Shown here: piece by piece, positions 32,918 to 42,834 of the stretch
How positions within the stretch are numbered: the stretch's first letter is position 1
How the letters are laid out: the number at the start of each line of letters is the position of its first letter
Origin: Candidatus Latescibacterota bacterium
Lineage (GTDB): Bacteria; Latescibacterota; UBA2968; UBA8231
Direction of reading: 5' to 3'
Length of the DNA stretch: 64,000 nt
Assembly: GCA_965203355.1 (NCBI GenBank)
Contig: OZ241889.1
Span: forward strand, 160,001-224,000
Program-made: the position numbers and the translations under genes
Notes under the pieces: model-generated
Database searches by the model: none
What the model was told of the DNA's origin: nothing
What the model saw: the letters and a program-made list of their open reading frames with translations, nothing else

Positions 32918-33034
32918 TTACTTCTTCCGCGGTGCCAGTTTGGCCTCCTGAGCGCGTTGCTTCAAGCGCTTTTTGCGCCGCTGCCGTCGGCTCCTCAGTT
33001 CCTTATCTCTCATTCTGCCTTTACTCGAACCCAT
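32918..33034 (-). CDS. 38-aa highly basic small protein (resembles DUF6800-type R/K-rich proteins)
   Basis: Below the ORF-track cutoff. MGSSKGRMRDKELRSRRQRRKKRLKQRAQEAKLAPRKK, with a TAGGAGGA RBS and its own terminator. Confidence 0.8.
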   Translation of the reverse strand: MGSSKGRMRDKELRSRRQRRKKRLKQRAQEAKLAPRKK

Positions 33035-33096
33035 CTGTGTATCCTCCTAAGCATAAGAAGCGGTTGCCGGCAATATATTCGGCGATACCACTGAGG

Positions 33097-34020
33097 TCAA
33101 GCGAGGATCATCCGCAAAAGAGCCATGCGCACGTACAGCCCGTTGTGGGCTTGGCGAAAATAGGCCGCCCGAGGGTCTGCGTCCACTTCCGGGTCAATCT
33201 CATCGACGCGCGGCAACGGGTGCATGACCACAGCGTGTTCCTGCATACAGTCCATTATCGAGCGATCGACAATGTACTTGCCTCGCGCCTGCTCGTATTC
33301 TCCTGTGTGGTCGCCAAAGCGCTCTTTTTGGATGCGCGTCTGATAGACGACATCGGCTTGCCTCGCCACTTCATGGAGGTCGTCCACCTCCTCAAAAGGG
33401 ACCCGGTGCCGCTGTAAATAATCCTTTATGTCGTCCTTCATCCTCACCGTCTCAGGCGCGACGAAGTACATCTTAACGCCCTCGTACTTGGCCAGCAGAT
33501 AACACAGCGAACGCACTGTCCGCCCATTGGCCAAATCCCCCACCAAAGTAATGGTAATTTTTTCGAGACGTCCGATTTCGCGCTGAATAGTAAAAAGGTC
33601 CAAGAGGGCTTGGGTTGGGTGCTGCCCGGCCCCGTCGCCGGCATTGATTACCGGAATGCCAGCGACAGCAGCCGCTCGGTTACTAGCACCACTTTCGTAG
33701 TGTCGCAACACGATCACGTCCGAGTACCCGGCAACGACGCGAATGGTGTCCTCGAGGGTCTCGCCCTTGGCAACCGAAGAAAATTCCTGTGCGCTCTCAG
33801 TTGTAATGACCGCCCCACCCAATCGCGTCATCGCCGACTCAAAAGACAGCCGTGTGCGCGTACTTGGCTCGTAGAACAGCGTCGCCATGACCCGGCGATT
33901 GAGGATATTGGATCCGTAGTGCTGAACTACTTGCTCCATCTCTTGAGCCGTAAAGAAAATGGACTCTATCAAGTCTAGGTCGAATTGCTGCGCTTCGAGG
34001 ACGTGATAAAGGCGATCCAT
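33097..34020 (-). CDS. pyrB: Aspartate carbamoyltransferase
   Basis: FYEPSTRTRLSF, HPTQALLD, YQTRIQKER, MHPLPRVDEI. Confidence 0.97.
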   Translation of the reverse strand: MDRLYHVLEAQQFDLDLIESIFFTAQEMEQVVQHYGSNILNRRVMATLFYEPSTRTRLSFESAMTRLGGAVITTESAQEFSSVAKGETLEDTIRVVAGYSDVIVLRHYESGASNRAAAVAGIPVINAGDGAGQHPTQALLDLFTIQREIGRLEKITITLVGDLANGRTVRSLCYLLAKYEGVKMYFVAPETVRMKDDIKDYLQRHRVPFEEVDDLHEVARQADVVYQTRIQKERFGDHTGEYEQARGKYIVDRSIMDCMQEHAVVMHPLPRVDEIDPEVDADPRAAYFRQAHNGLYVRMALLRMILA

Positions 34021-34030
34021 CAGATACTCC

Positions 34031-34468
34031 TCAACGGCCTTCTCGCTCCCCCAACACCGCCATAATCTCCGCCGCCGCCGCCACTTCCTCCCCTACTAGT
34101 GCTCGCCCCTGCAACTTACAGGACCCGCCCCGTTTCCTAAGTACTTTTAGTTCCAGTCGCAATTGATCGCCTGGCACAACCGGGCGGCGAAATTTGCAGC
34201 GGTCAATGCCGGCGAAAAACGGCACCTTGGATCTGGGATTTTCTACGCCGCTCAGCATCATTGCACAACCCGCTTGCGCCAGAGCCTCGACGATCAGCAC
34301 GCCGGGCATGACCGGATAACCGGGAAAATGCCCTTGGAAAAACGACTCGTTGATTGTCACGTTCTTCAAAGCCACGACGCGTTCCCCTGGTACCAATTCG
34401 AGAATGCGGTCAATGAGCAGCAGCGGATAGCGGTGCGGCAATAGGTCGAGAATCTCCGTTAAATTCAC
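34031..34468 (-). CDS. fabZ: 3-hydroxyacyl-ACP dehydratase
   Basis: LPHRYPLLLIDR, FFQGHFPGYPVMPGVLIVEALAQ. Confidence 0.96.
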   Translation of the reverse strand: MNLTEILDLLPHRYPLLLIDRILELVPGERVVALKNVTINESFFQGHFPGYPVMPGVLIVEALAQAGCAMMLSGVENPRSKVPFFAGIDRCKFRRPVVPGDQLRLELKVLRKRGGSCKLQGRALVGEEVAAAAEIMAVLGEREGR

Positions 34469-35001
34469 TCCTGTTCCTCTTCTTTTTCCTTCTCCATCAG
34501 TTCCAGTAACTGCTCAGTTAGATCGTATTCTTCTTTGGCAAAAACCAGCCCACTCGAAGGCGCAGCGGCATCAAAAATAAAATCGTAGCCCTTTTCCTCG
34601 GCCATGCCCTGAATGGCATCGTTAATTTTTTTGAAAATCGGCTCGGAAAGCTCAATGTTCTTGCGCATCAGTTCGCCTTCGGGGCCGAACTTCTCTTGGG
34701 TAAATTGCTGGAGTTGCTGCATTTTGGTCTCGAACTCAGCTTGCAGTTCCGCCTTTTTCGCCTCGCTCAACAGCAACTCCTGCCGCCGAAAATCCTCTTG
34801 CAGTTTAAGCAGTTTGGCCTCGCGATCCTTAGCTTGGTTCTCGTAGTCCTGACGTAGCTGGTCCAACGTGCGCTGCGCATCCCGGAATTCAGGCAGGCGC
34901 TCTTTCAGCACTTCCGAATCAATGTAGCCTAATTTCAACTGAGCCAAGGCACCTGTGGCGCAACAAGCCACGACGAGGGCGGACAATAGGGCGCGTTTCA
35001 T
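34465..35001 (-). CDS. skp: OmpH/Skp periplasmic chaperone
   Basis: Signal peptide, KLGYIDSE, coiled coil, AEEKGYDFIFD, YDLTEQLL; downstream of bamA. Confidence 0.9.
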   Translation of the reverse strand: MKRALLSALVVACCATGALAQLKLGYIDSEVLKERLPEFRDAQRTLDQLRQDYENQAKDREAKLLKLQEDFRRQELLLSEAKKAELQAEFETKMQQLQQFTQEKFGPEGELMRKNIELSEPIFKKINDAIQGMAEEKGYDFIFDAAAPSSGLVFAKEEYDLTEQLLELMEKEKEEEQE

Positions 35002-35102
35002 ACGTACTCCTCTTTATGGACGAGAATCAATGGGATTGAAGTTGCGTTCATCTTTTAATTCAACTGCGCTATTTTCGCTGCAGCGTTGGAGCAAGGATTA
35101 GG

Positions 35103-35384
35103 CTATTTGCTCTTGCGCCGCCTCAACGAGAGACCCCCAAAGCCGCTGATAACGGCAACGTAAAACCCAACATCGTACCACCAGCCCGTGTTGTGCGGTT
35201 CATAGAGGCGGATGTCCGAGTTAAACAAGCCCCATATGAGCGATATGGGAGCGACCCAACCGTGCCAGATTCCCCAGAAAAACCCGGCGGGATTTGCTCC
35301 AGTGTGTTTCCCATCGCCAGGGACACATCCGGTAAGCGAAACCAGAACGATCAAGACAAATATGCAGCTCAACTGTTTGGCCAT
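35103..35384 (-). CDS. Small putative lipoprotein/membrane protein
   Basis: LTGC lipobox; AGFFWGIWHG and NTGWWYDVGF motifs. Confidence 0.75.
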   Translation of the reverse strand: MAKQLSCIFVLIVLVSLTGCVPGDGKHTGANPAGFFWGIWHGWVAPISLIWGLFNSDIRLYEPHNTGWWYDVGFYVAVISGFGGLSLRRRKSK

Positions 35385-35494
35385 GGAAAATCCTGCGTCG
35401 GTCCGTTTTTGTACAATCCGCTATTTCTTTCGCTCCAAGTAAATTATATAAGATACGACCTGGCAGAATTTTGTGAAACAGCGGACATAATAAG

Positions 35495-35522
35495 GCCCAA
35501 GATGTCAGACGACATCTTGGGC
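35495..35522 (-). terminator. Perfect hairpin after bamA (terminator or mRNA stabiliser)
   Basis: GCCCAAGATGTC-AGAC-GACATCTTGGGC 12-bp perfect stem; weak U tail. Confidence 0.7.
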
Positions 35523-35549
35523 TTCGTCTTGTGCCCCTGAGATCAGAGC

Positions 35550-37943
35550 CTAGTAAAACTGCGGGCCGAACTGGAAGTGGGTCTTCCAGCCAGCCGGCGT
35601 ACCATCGATATCCTTGCGGTCAAAACCATAGCCGAAGTCGAAGCCGATCATCCCCAACATCGGCGTCTGGACGCGAAAGCCAAAGCCTAGCGAACGCTTG
35701 AGATCCAAAGGATTAAGGTCGGGAATCGTCGCCCAAGCGTTGCCTGCGTCTGCGAAGAGGATGCCGTACACTTGCTGCTCGGCTATCGGAAAGCGGTATT
35801 CTAGGTTCAACACCATCATCGAGCGACCGCCGAGGGGAATCCCGCTGGCTTTGTCTCTCGGCCCCAAAGAGTAATCTGGATAGCCCCGGACCTGTCCGTC
35901 CCAGTAATCAATGCCGCCTGGAGTAAACAGATCATAGTACGAAATGAGGCCATCGTCCTCGTCGGAAAAACCATCTATAACCGCGACTTTGGTCTCCAAA
36001 CTCCAGACGAACTTCCACCAACTCGGTCGGTAATAGTTGAAGTTCACTTCGTGGTTGTGGAAGTCCACATCGCCAGCCACGATCGAAGTCGCGACCGATG
36101 GAGTGTAGCTAAAAACCGTCCCCTTGGTCGGAAACTCGGCCCGGTCGCGCGTATCGCGCGTATAGATCAACTCAAAGCGGCTCGTAAGCCGATCTTGATA
36201 GCGGGGATCGTTTTCAGCCCCCGTAAAGCTATCGCTGAAGTCGGAATAGCCTTGGCTATAAAGGCGATAGCCAAGCGAAAGGCTGGAGTTGGCTGGCTTC
36301 TTCAACCGCCGACCCACCCGCAGATTGATCGACTTGCGCTGGGATTTCCAGAGAATCGAATCGTACCTGCCTGATCGGTAGTCATAGTAATGGAGGTTTT
36401 GCGTATAAGCGCGCGCCGACAAACTGGTCGGGGTGTCAAAGAGCCACGGCTCGGTAAAACCGACGAGGAACTGCTCGCGCCGGGTGCCGAACTCCCAGTT
36501 AAAGTCCAGGCTCTGGCCCATGCCACGGAAGTTGGGAATTTGCAAGCCGATTTGGCCCACCATCTTGTCGCGGTCCGAATACCCGGCCCCCATAGACGCT
36601 TGCCCAGTCTGCCGCTCATCGACATGAAACACCATATCCACCAGCCGCTCGCCCTCGCCAGTACTGTATTGGGGCTGAATTTGCACATCTTTGAAGAAGT
36701 TCAACAGCATGATGCGCCGCTGACTTTCTTGAACGAGATTTTGCTGATAAATATCGCCCGGACGCAATTCGATCTCGCGCCGGATCACCTTTTCCCGCGT
36801 CTTGGTATTGCCGGCGATCTCGACCTTGCGAATCGTCCACGGCTGCCCTTCAAACACCTGGAACGACACGTCAATCGAGTCGTTGCGAATCGTCTCCTGC
36901 GGCACTACGCGCGTGTCCAAGTAGCCCTTCTCGTAATAGACAAAGCGCGCCAAATCGGCGAGCTCTGGCCCCGAGCGCCCATATACCATCCCCGCCTGTA
37001 ACTCCAGCTTCTCCACCAACTCGTCGGAGCCAAACAACTCGTTGCCTTCCCAAGCGACCTCGCCCAACCGGTATTGTAGCCCCTCGTCGATTTCCACGTC
37101 GATGAACAAGTGCCGTCGAGTCGAGTCGTAATAGACGCTGTCGCGCACTATGGCTGCCTGTTGAAAACCCAAGCTGCGATAGTACGCCAGCAATTTCTGC
37201 TTATCTTCCTCGTACGTATCGCCGTTGAACTCGCCTTTGCGCCACCAGCGCTTCTCCTCGGTCGCCATCAACGACGCCAATCGGCGCGGCTCCGGACCTT
37301 GGCCATCCCATTTTTGCGGTCGCCGAGGACTGCGTGCTGGCAACTCTCGACTGTCAATCACTGTGCCGTCGGCGCGATGTTGGATCAAGCGGATCTGCTT
37401 GATCTGTACCTTGGCTCCCTCGTTGATGTCGTATTGGAGGAATACCTCACCCTCTTCCGCACCGGCAAAAGTCTGGCCTTTGACCTCGGCGCGCAGATAG
37501 CCCTTCTCGCGATAGAGATCGAGAATTTTTTGCTCGCCCCGCACCACGTCTTTCGGCGCAATAACCTGACCGGTGACCAAGCTCAGCGCTTCCTTGAGGT
37601 CTTTCTCCTTGACGTTTTTCTGTCCCTTGAACTGCAAACCCTCTAAGGCCGGATATTCTTCAACCATGATGATCAGGTTGATTCCTTCGGGAACGGGGTC
37701 GCCCCATATCTGAATATCCTCAAAGACGTTGAGTCCTTGTAGATCGCGCACTGCCTGCTGCACATTCTCTTGCGATAACTCAACTCCAGGTTCCAAGCCC
37801 ACCGTGGTCAGGATCAGCGACTTGGCCACCTTGCGCAGTTTGCCCTGCACCTCGATCGAGACAACCTTTTGAGCCTCGACTGCGCTACCCAGCAACCCCA
37901 CAGCGACGATAGCAAAAAGTATGGTGCGGAAATTCTGCTTCAT
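35550..37943 (-). CDS. bamA: Outer membrane protein assembly factor BamA
   Basis: POTRA repeats (GNTKTREKVIRRE), VRGY loop motif, C-terminal HFQFGPQFY. Confidence 0.96.
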   Translation of the reverse strand: MKQNFRTILFAIVAVGLLGSAVEAQKVVSIEVQGKLRKVAKSLILTTVGLEPGVELSQENVQQAVRDLQGLNVFEDIQIWGDPVPEGINLIIMVEEYPALEGLQFKGQKNVKEKDLKEALSLVTGQVIAPKDVVRGEQKILDLYREKGYLRAEVKGQTFAGAEEGEVFLQYDINEGAKVQIKQIRLIQHRADGTVIDSRELPARSPRRPQKWDGQGPEPRRLASLMATEEKRWWRKGEFNGDTYEEDKQKLLAYYRSLGFQQAAIVRDSVYYDSTRRHLFIDVEIDEGLQYRLGEVAWEGNELFGSDELVEKLELQAGMVYGRSGPELADLARFVYYEKGYLDTRVVPQETIRNDSIDVSFQVFEGQPWTIRKVEIAGNTKTREKVIRREIELRPGDIYQQNLVQESQRRIMLLNFFKDVQIQPQYSTGEGERLVDMVFHVDERQTGQASMGAGYSDRDKMVGQIGLQIPNFRGMGQSLDFNWEFGTRREQFLVGFTEPWLFDTPTSLSARAYTQNLHYYDYRSGRYDSILWKSQRKSINLRVGRRLKKPANSSLSLGYRLYSQGYSDFSDSFTGAENDPRYQDRLTSRFELIYTRDTRDRAEFPTKGTVFSYTPSVATSIVAGDVDFHNHEVNFNYYRPSWWKFVWSLETKVAVIDGFSDEDDGLISYYDLFTPGGIDYWDGQVRGYPDYSLGPRDKASGIPLGGRSMMVLNLEYRFPIAEQQVYGILFADAGNAWATIPDLNPLDLKRSLGFGFRVQTPMLGMIGFDFGYGFDRKDIDGTPAGWKTHFQFGPQFY

Positions 37944-37944
37944 G

Positions 37945-40413
37945 TCAACTCGCGGTCTCGCGTTTTTTCTTCACCCCTTGGCTCGCCCCCCCTCGACGCT
38001 CCTCGTCAAAGACTAGTTCCTCACCCCTTTTGGTGACGCGGATGCGACTGCCTTCGCCAAAGCGACCTTGGAGAATCTCCTCGGCCAACGGATCTTCGAG
38101 CATCTTCTGGATGGACCGCTCCAAATAGCGCGCACCATACGCCTGGTCAAAACCCTTGTCAGCAAGCAAGGTTTTCGCTCCAGGCGTAACTCGCACTTGG
38201 ATATCCTGCAATGCTAAACGCTCTTTGAATTCACCTAAGCGAATATCTATTATCGCGGTGATGTGATCTTTGTCGAGCGCGTGGAAAGTGATGATGTCGT
38301 CAACGCGATTGAGGAATTCGGGATTGAAGGTCTTTTTCAAGGCGTCGTTGATTTTGCCCTCCATCAGCGCGTACATCGAGTCAGAATCGGACTTTTGGAA
38401 ACCCAACACACCACCCGTGCCCACATCCCGACTGCCCACGTTAGAGGTCATAATTAGCACGGTGTTGCGAAAATCTACTTTGCGGCCCGCGCTGTCGGTA
38501 AGCCGTCCCTCGTCGAGAATCTGCAACAGGATGTTGAAAACATCGGGATGGGCTTTCTCGACCTCGTCTAGCAGAACCACTGAATACGGACGCCGACGAA
38601 CCCGCTCGGTAAGCTGCCCCCCCTCGTCAAAACCAACGTAGCCCGGAGGCGCACCAATCAGGCCCGACACTGCGAACTTCTCCATGTACTCAGACATATC
38701 GACCGAAATCAACGCATCGGCATCGTCGAAGAGGAATTCGGCTAGCCGCTTAGCCAACTCGGTCTTGCCCACGCCCGTTGGGCCGAGAAAGATGAACGAG
38801 CCGATAGGCCGCTTGGGATCCTGGAGGCCCGCCCGGCTGCGGCGAATGGCCCGCGCAACCGCAGAGACCGCCTGTTGCTGACCGACGATGTTCTTTGTGA
38901 GTTCGTCTTCCATGGCCAGCAGGCGCTCGGTCTCGGTCTTAGCCAGCCGCGAGATCGGGATGCCGGTCATACTGGCGATGACCTCGGCGATGTCGTCTGT
39001 GGTCACTTCAACCACTTCGTCGCGGACCGCTTCCTCCCACGCTTGGCGTTTGTTTTGAAGCTGTTCATTCAGATGGAGCGCCTTGTCGCGCAGCACGGCA
39101 GCGTCCTCGAAGTCTTGGCGCTCGGACGCTTCGTTTTTTTGGCGATTGATTTCCTGTATCTCAGCCTCGATGCGGCCGACCTCTTCCGGCGGACTGAGCC
39201 GCGCCAGATGCACACGCGAGCCCGTCTCGTCAATCACATCAATGGCCTTGTCGGGCAAGTAGCGGTCGCTTATATAGCGATCAGACTGGCGCACCGCATA
39301 GGCAACAACATCGTCGGCAAACTCCACGTGATGGTGGCTCTCGTAGTTGGCGCGCAGTGCCTTGACGATCTCAATGGTGTCTTCGACCGAGGGTGGATCG
39401 ACCATGACGCTCTGAAAACGCCGCTCAAGGGCCCCATCCTTTTCAATGTGTTTGCGGTACTCGTCGAGCGTGGTCGCCCCGATGCACTGCAATTCGCCGC
39501 GGGACAAAGCGGGCTTGAACATATTAGAAGCATCCAATGTGCCCTCGGCACTACCGGCCCCGACAATGGTGTGTAACTCGTCGATGAAAATGACGACTTC
39601 GGAGTTTTGCTGCAGTTCGTTCATCACCGCCTTGATGCGCTCTTCAAACTGGCCCCGATATTTGGTGCCGGCGACCACCCCGCCCATGTCGAGAGTGACC
39701 AAGCGCTTGTCTAGCAGGATCTGCGGTACGCGTTTTTCAATGATGCGTTGGGCCAGCCCTTCGACAATAGCCGTCTTGCCGACGCCTGGGTCGCCGATGA
39801 GGATGGGATTGTTCTTCTTGCGGCGGCTGAGTACCTGCGTGACGCGCTCGATCTCCTTCTGGCGACCAATCACTGGGTCTAGCTTGCCCTCGCGGGCCAA
39901 CTGAGTCAGGTCGCGACCAAAGTGGTCGAGGAAGGGCGTCTTGCTCTTCTTGCCCTTTTCCTTGCGCCCGGTGGTCTTGCCTTCGAGCACGGCCAAGGTC
40001 TCTTCTAGGGCCGTTTTGTAATCAACCCCAAAGGCCGCCAAAATCTGCGCGGCAACCCCATCCTTGTCCTTGAGTAGAGCCAAGAGCAGATGTTCGACGT
40101 CAATGAACTGCGTCTTCATCTCCTTGGCCTCGTTAGCCGCTACTTCGAGGATCTGTTTAGCGCGGGGAGTATAGGGCACCTCGCCGATGGTCATGGTGCC
40201 GCCCGAAGTCGTCACGTAGTCTTCTACTGACTGCTTGACCGTCTCCAAGCTCAACCCCAGATTCGTCAGCACAGCCACGGCCTTGCCCTTGCCGTCCTTG
40301 ATAAGGCCCAACAGCAAATGCTCGGTGCCGATGTAGTTGTGACCTAAGCGCGCCGACTCTTCGCGCGCTAGCTTCATTACCTGTTTTACGTTTTCGGTGA
40401 ACATGTTGTCCAT
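37945..40413 (-). CDS. clpC: ATP-dependent Clp protease ATPase ClpC
   Basis: Clp-N repeats, GDPGVGKT and GPTGVGKT Walker A motifs, UVR-like middle domain, LGF ClpP-docking loop. Confidence 0.96.
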   Translation of the reverse strand: MDNMFTENVKQVMKLAREESARLGHNYIGTEHLLLGLIKDGKGKAVAVLTNLGLSLETVKQSVEDYVTTSGGTMTIGEVPYTPRAKQILEVAANEAKEMKTQFIDVEHLLLALLKDKDGVAAQILAAFGVDYKTALEETLAVLEGKTTGRKEKGKKSKTPFLDHFGRDLTQLAREGKLDPVIGRQKEIERVTQVLSRRKKNNPILIGDPGVGKTAIVEGLAQRIIEKRVPQILLDKRLVTLDMGGVVAGTKYRGQFEERIKAVMNELQQNSEVVIFIDELHTIVGAGSAEGTLDASNMFKPALSRGELQCIGATTLDEYRKHIEKDGALERRFQSVMVDPPSVEDTIEIVKALRANYESHHHVEFADDVVAYAVRQSDRYISDRYLPDKAIDVIDETGSRVHLARLSPPEEVGRIEAEIQEINRQKNEASERQDFEDAAVLRDKALHLNEQLQNKRQAWEEAVRDEVVEVTTDDIAEVIASMTGIPISRLAKTETERLLAMEDELTKNIVGQQQAVSAVARAIRRSRAGLQDPKRPIGSFIFLGPTGVGKTELAKRLAEFLFDDADALISVDMSEYMEKFAVSGLIGAPPGYVGFDEGGQLTERVRRRPYSVVLLDEVEKAHPDVFNILLQILDEGRLTDSAGRKVDFRNTVLIMTSNVGSRDVGTGGVLGFQKSDSDSMYALMEGKINDALKKTFNPEFLNRVDDIITFHALDKDHITAIIDIRLGEFKERLALQDIQVRVTPGAKTLLADKGFDQAYGARYLERSIQKMLEDPLAEEILQGRFGEGSRIRVTKRGEELVFDEERRGGASQGVKKKRETAS

Positions 40414-40533
40414 CTAATTGTCCTCCACAATCTGCCTATGGCTATATAATAAGGAAGCTTGATTCTCGACAATTCGGAGAGCGCAAATTGAATATCGAGT
40501 CTGGCAAACTTTGCTGGATAAAACTCAATTTTG

Positions 40534-40562
40534 AACCTACCAAATGGGCCGATTATTGTCAA
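40534..40562 (-). promoter_or_regulatory. Possible internal sigma70 promoter for clpC-bamA
   Basis: TTGACA (40562-40557), 17 bp spacer, TAGGTT (40539-40534) in the mcsB-clpC gap. Confidence 0.5.
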
Positions 40563-40567
40563 TGTTG

Positions 40568-41632
40568 TCAAGATAATCCCCTCTGTTCGGCCCAGCGCCG
40601 TCTCACTAGTTCGGCGCGGCGCACATCGCGGGCTGCCGACGAGAGCTCCGCTCTAGCTTCGGCCTGCAAATGCGAGGGCTGAGTAACGATCATTAACTGA
40701 TTGATAAAGCCGAGGGGAAAGCCGTCGATGATCCCCAAACTACACCCTAAACGAACTGCCGACAACAAATTCATAAACTCCTGCCCACTCAACACCCGTG
40801 CGTGTTGCAAAATCCCATACGCCCGCCAAACCTTGTCCTCCACTTGGGCCGATGCGTCTGCCAACAGGGTGGCCTGCGCCTCTTTTTCATGGCCCATGAT
40901 CTGTTGGGTTATCTCCGAGAGTTTCTCGACGGTCTCTCCTTCGGTTACGCCCAAAGTGGCTTGGTTGGATATCTGAAACAGGTTGCCGACCGCATTGGTA
41001 CCTTCTCCGTAGAACCCGCGCACCGCAAAAGCCATGCGGGCCAACCCGCGCATCACTCGTTCCATATCCTCGGTCAGAACTAAGGCCGGCAGGTGGATGA
41101 GCACTGATATCCGCAAACCCGTCCCGGTGTTGGTCGGGCAGGCCGTCAAGAAGCCCCAGCGCTCCGATTGCGCCCAGTCCAACTCGCTCATGAGCGCATC
41201 GTCGAGCGCATCAACTCGCTGCCACGCCGCGTGCGTTTGCAAACCCGGGAGGATGGCCTGCAAGCGGAGGTGATCCTCCTCATTAATCATCGCGCTAAGC
41301 GACTCATCCGCATTGAAAAGCACACCGCGCTGGCCCTTGCTTTTGGCCAGAGCCGGACTAATCAGGTGGCGTTCCACCAGCAACTGACGCTGGTTGGCCT
41401 GTAGGGCGTTCATATGGAAAAAGGCCGCATCGCACATAGGGCGACACTTTTGGGCGGCACTCAGGACCTGTTCGATGATCTTTTCTTGATCTTCAAGTGT
41501 GGTTTTCGGCGCAAAAGCCCACCCGGCAAGATTGCGAGCCAAGCGGGCGCGACAACTAACGACCATGCCGTCGGCATCCCCTTCTCCGCTAAGCCAGCTA
41601 GCCGCATTGTAAACGAGATCCTCAATGTTCAC
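40568..41632 (-). CDS. mcsB: Protein arginine kinase McsB
   Basis: RARLARNL, INEEDHLRLQ, LTACPTNTGTGLR, RGFYGEG, FQISNQATLG. Confidence 0.95.
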   Translation of the reverse strand: MNIEDLVYNAASWLSGEGDADGMVVSCRARLARNLAGWAFAPKTTLEDQEKIIEQVLSAAQKCRPMCDAAFFHMNALQANQRQLLVERHLISPALAKSKGQRGVLFNADESLSAMINEEDHLRLQAILPGLQTHAAWQRVDALDDALMSELDWAQSERWGFLTACPTNTGTGLRISVLIHLPALVLTEDMERVMRGLARMAFAVRGFYGEGTNAVGNLFQISNQATLGVTEGETVEKLSEITQQIMGHEKEAQATLLADASAQVEDKVWRAYGILQHARVLSGQEFMNLLSAVRLGCSLGIIDGFPLGFINQLMIVTQPSHLQAEARAELSSAARDVRRAELVRRRWAEQRGLS

Positions 41633-42144
41633 GGCTGTTTTCCTTCGAGGACGCGGATGCGGTCTCTGAGCTGAGCAGCCTCTTCAAATGCCTCTTCCGC
41701 TACCGCTTGGGACAGCGCTTCGCGCAATCGCTCCAACTCGTCGGCCGCGCCAGAACTTTGCGCCGCTTCCAGCCGCCCTTTGCCCCGATGCCGATCGTCG
41801 CCGTGGATGCGTTTGAGCAGGTGCTCTAGCTGTGAGGCGAAGGCATCGTAACAATGAGGACAACCGAGGCGACCTATCTTCTTAAACTCCTCGTAGCTCA
41901 TCGCGCAAGTCGCACAGCACACCTCCCCGTCGCCTTCGGCTCCGGCCACCTTGACCAACTCTATCTTGATTTCCTTCACCAGCACGGGTACCTCTTTGGC
42001 CTGTGTAGTCGGGACGCCCAGCATCTTGATGTTTTTTTCGTTAGCGCACTGATGGCAGAGCAAGAGCGTCTGTTTTACGTCGTCGACAATATGGTTATAG
42101 GACACTGCGGCCTCGCGCTTATTGCATACTCCGCACTTTTTCAT
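41629..42144 (-). CDS. mcsA: McsA activator (4 CxxC plus UVR domain)
   Basis: CGVC, CHQC, CATC, GRLGCPHCY, HRGK, EEAFEEAAQLRDRI. Confidence 0.92.
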   Translation of the reverse strand: MKKCGVCNKREAAVSYNHIVDDVKQTLLLCHQCANEKNIKMLGVPTTQAKEVPVLVKEIKIELVKVAGAEGDGEVCCATCAMSYEEFKKIGRLGCPHCYDAFASQLEHLLKRIHGDDRHRGKGRLEAAQSSGAADELERLREALSQAVAEEAFEEAAQLRDRIRVLEGKQP

Positions 42145-42833
42145 GTCGCATCGTCTTCCATGTGCAACACACCTGCTTCTATGCGCCCCCGGCGATCCAT
42201 GCTCTGGGCCAATTTGCGGTCGTGAGTCATCACCACAAAAGCCTGTCCGCGCTCTCGGGCCAACCCGGCGAGCAGTTGATGCAGCGACTCGCTGGCCGTC
42301 TCGTCGAGATTGCCCGATGGCTCATCGGCCAGCACGATCAACGGCTCGTTGACCAGCGCGCGCACCATGGCCACCCGCTGGCATTCGCCGCCCGACAGGG
42401 CCCCAGGCCGGTGGTGCAAGCGGTCCGCTAGTCCGACGGAATTCATCAAATCAAGGGCCTCCTTGCGGCGCTCGACGCCAGCGACCCGCGCCGGCAGCAA
42501 GACGTTTTCCAGCGCGGTAAATTCCGGCAGCAGATAGTGAAATTGGAATACGAAACCAAGGTGCCGATTGCGGAAGCGCGACAGCGCCTGATCTTCGAGG
42601 TTGAGCACGTCAATACCGGCAATCCGCAATTGGCCAGCCGTCGGCAGGTCGAGCGTACCCAACAGGTGCAGCAAGGTGCTTTTGCCAACACCGGATTCAC
42701 CCATCACCGCCACCAACTCACCCGGTCGCACGGCTAAGTCCACGCCTTTGAGTACTTCCAAGCCCGTGCCGCCGGTGTCGAACACCTTGCACAAACCGCG
42801 CGCTTCGAGGATGATGTCGGCCTGTTTCACCAT
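42141..42833 (-). CDS. lolD: Lipoprotein-releasing ABC ATPase
   Basis: GESGVGKS, GFVFQFHYLLPEFTALENV, LSGGECQR, ADEPSGNLD. Confidence 0.9.
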   Translation of the reverse strand: MVKQADIILEARGLCKVFDTGGTGLEVLKGVDLAVRPGELVAVMGESGVGKSTLLHLLGTLDLPTAGQLRIAGIDVLNLEDQALSRFRNRHLGFVFQFHYLLPEFTALENVLLPARVAGVERRKEALDLMNSVGLADRLHHRPGALSGGECQRVAMVRALVNEPLIVLADEPSGNLDETASESLHQLLAGLARERGQAFVVMTHDRKLAQSMDRRGRIEAGVLHMEDDAT

Positions 42834-42834
42834 T

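Noticed and set aside
32918-33034. Ribosomal protein bS21
   Set aside because: Too short and lacks the ALRRFK and YEKPS motifs.
40495-40527. CIRCE or CtsR operator upstream of clpC
   Set aside because: Only a short GCAAACTTTGC palindrome; no match to TTAGCACTC-N9-GAGTGCTAA or tandem GGTCAAA.
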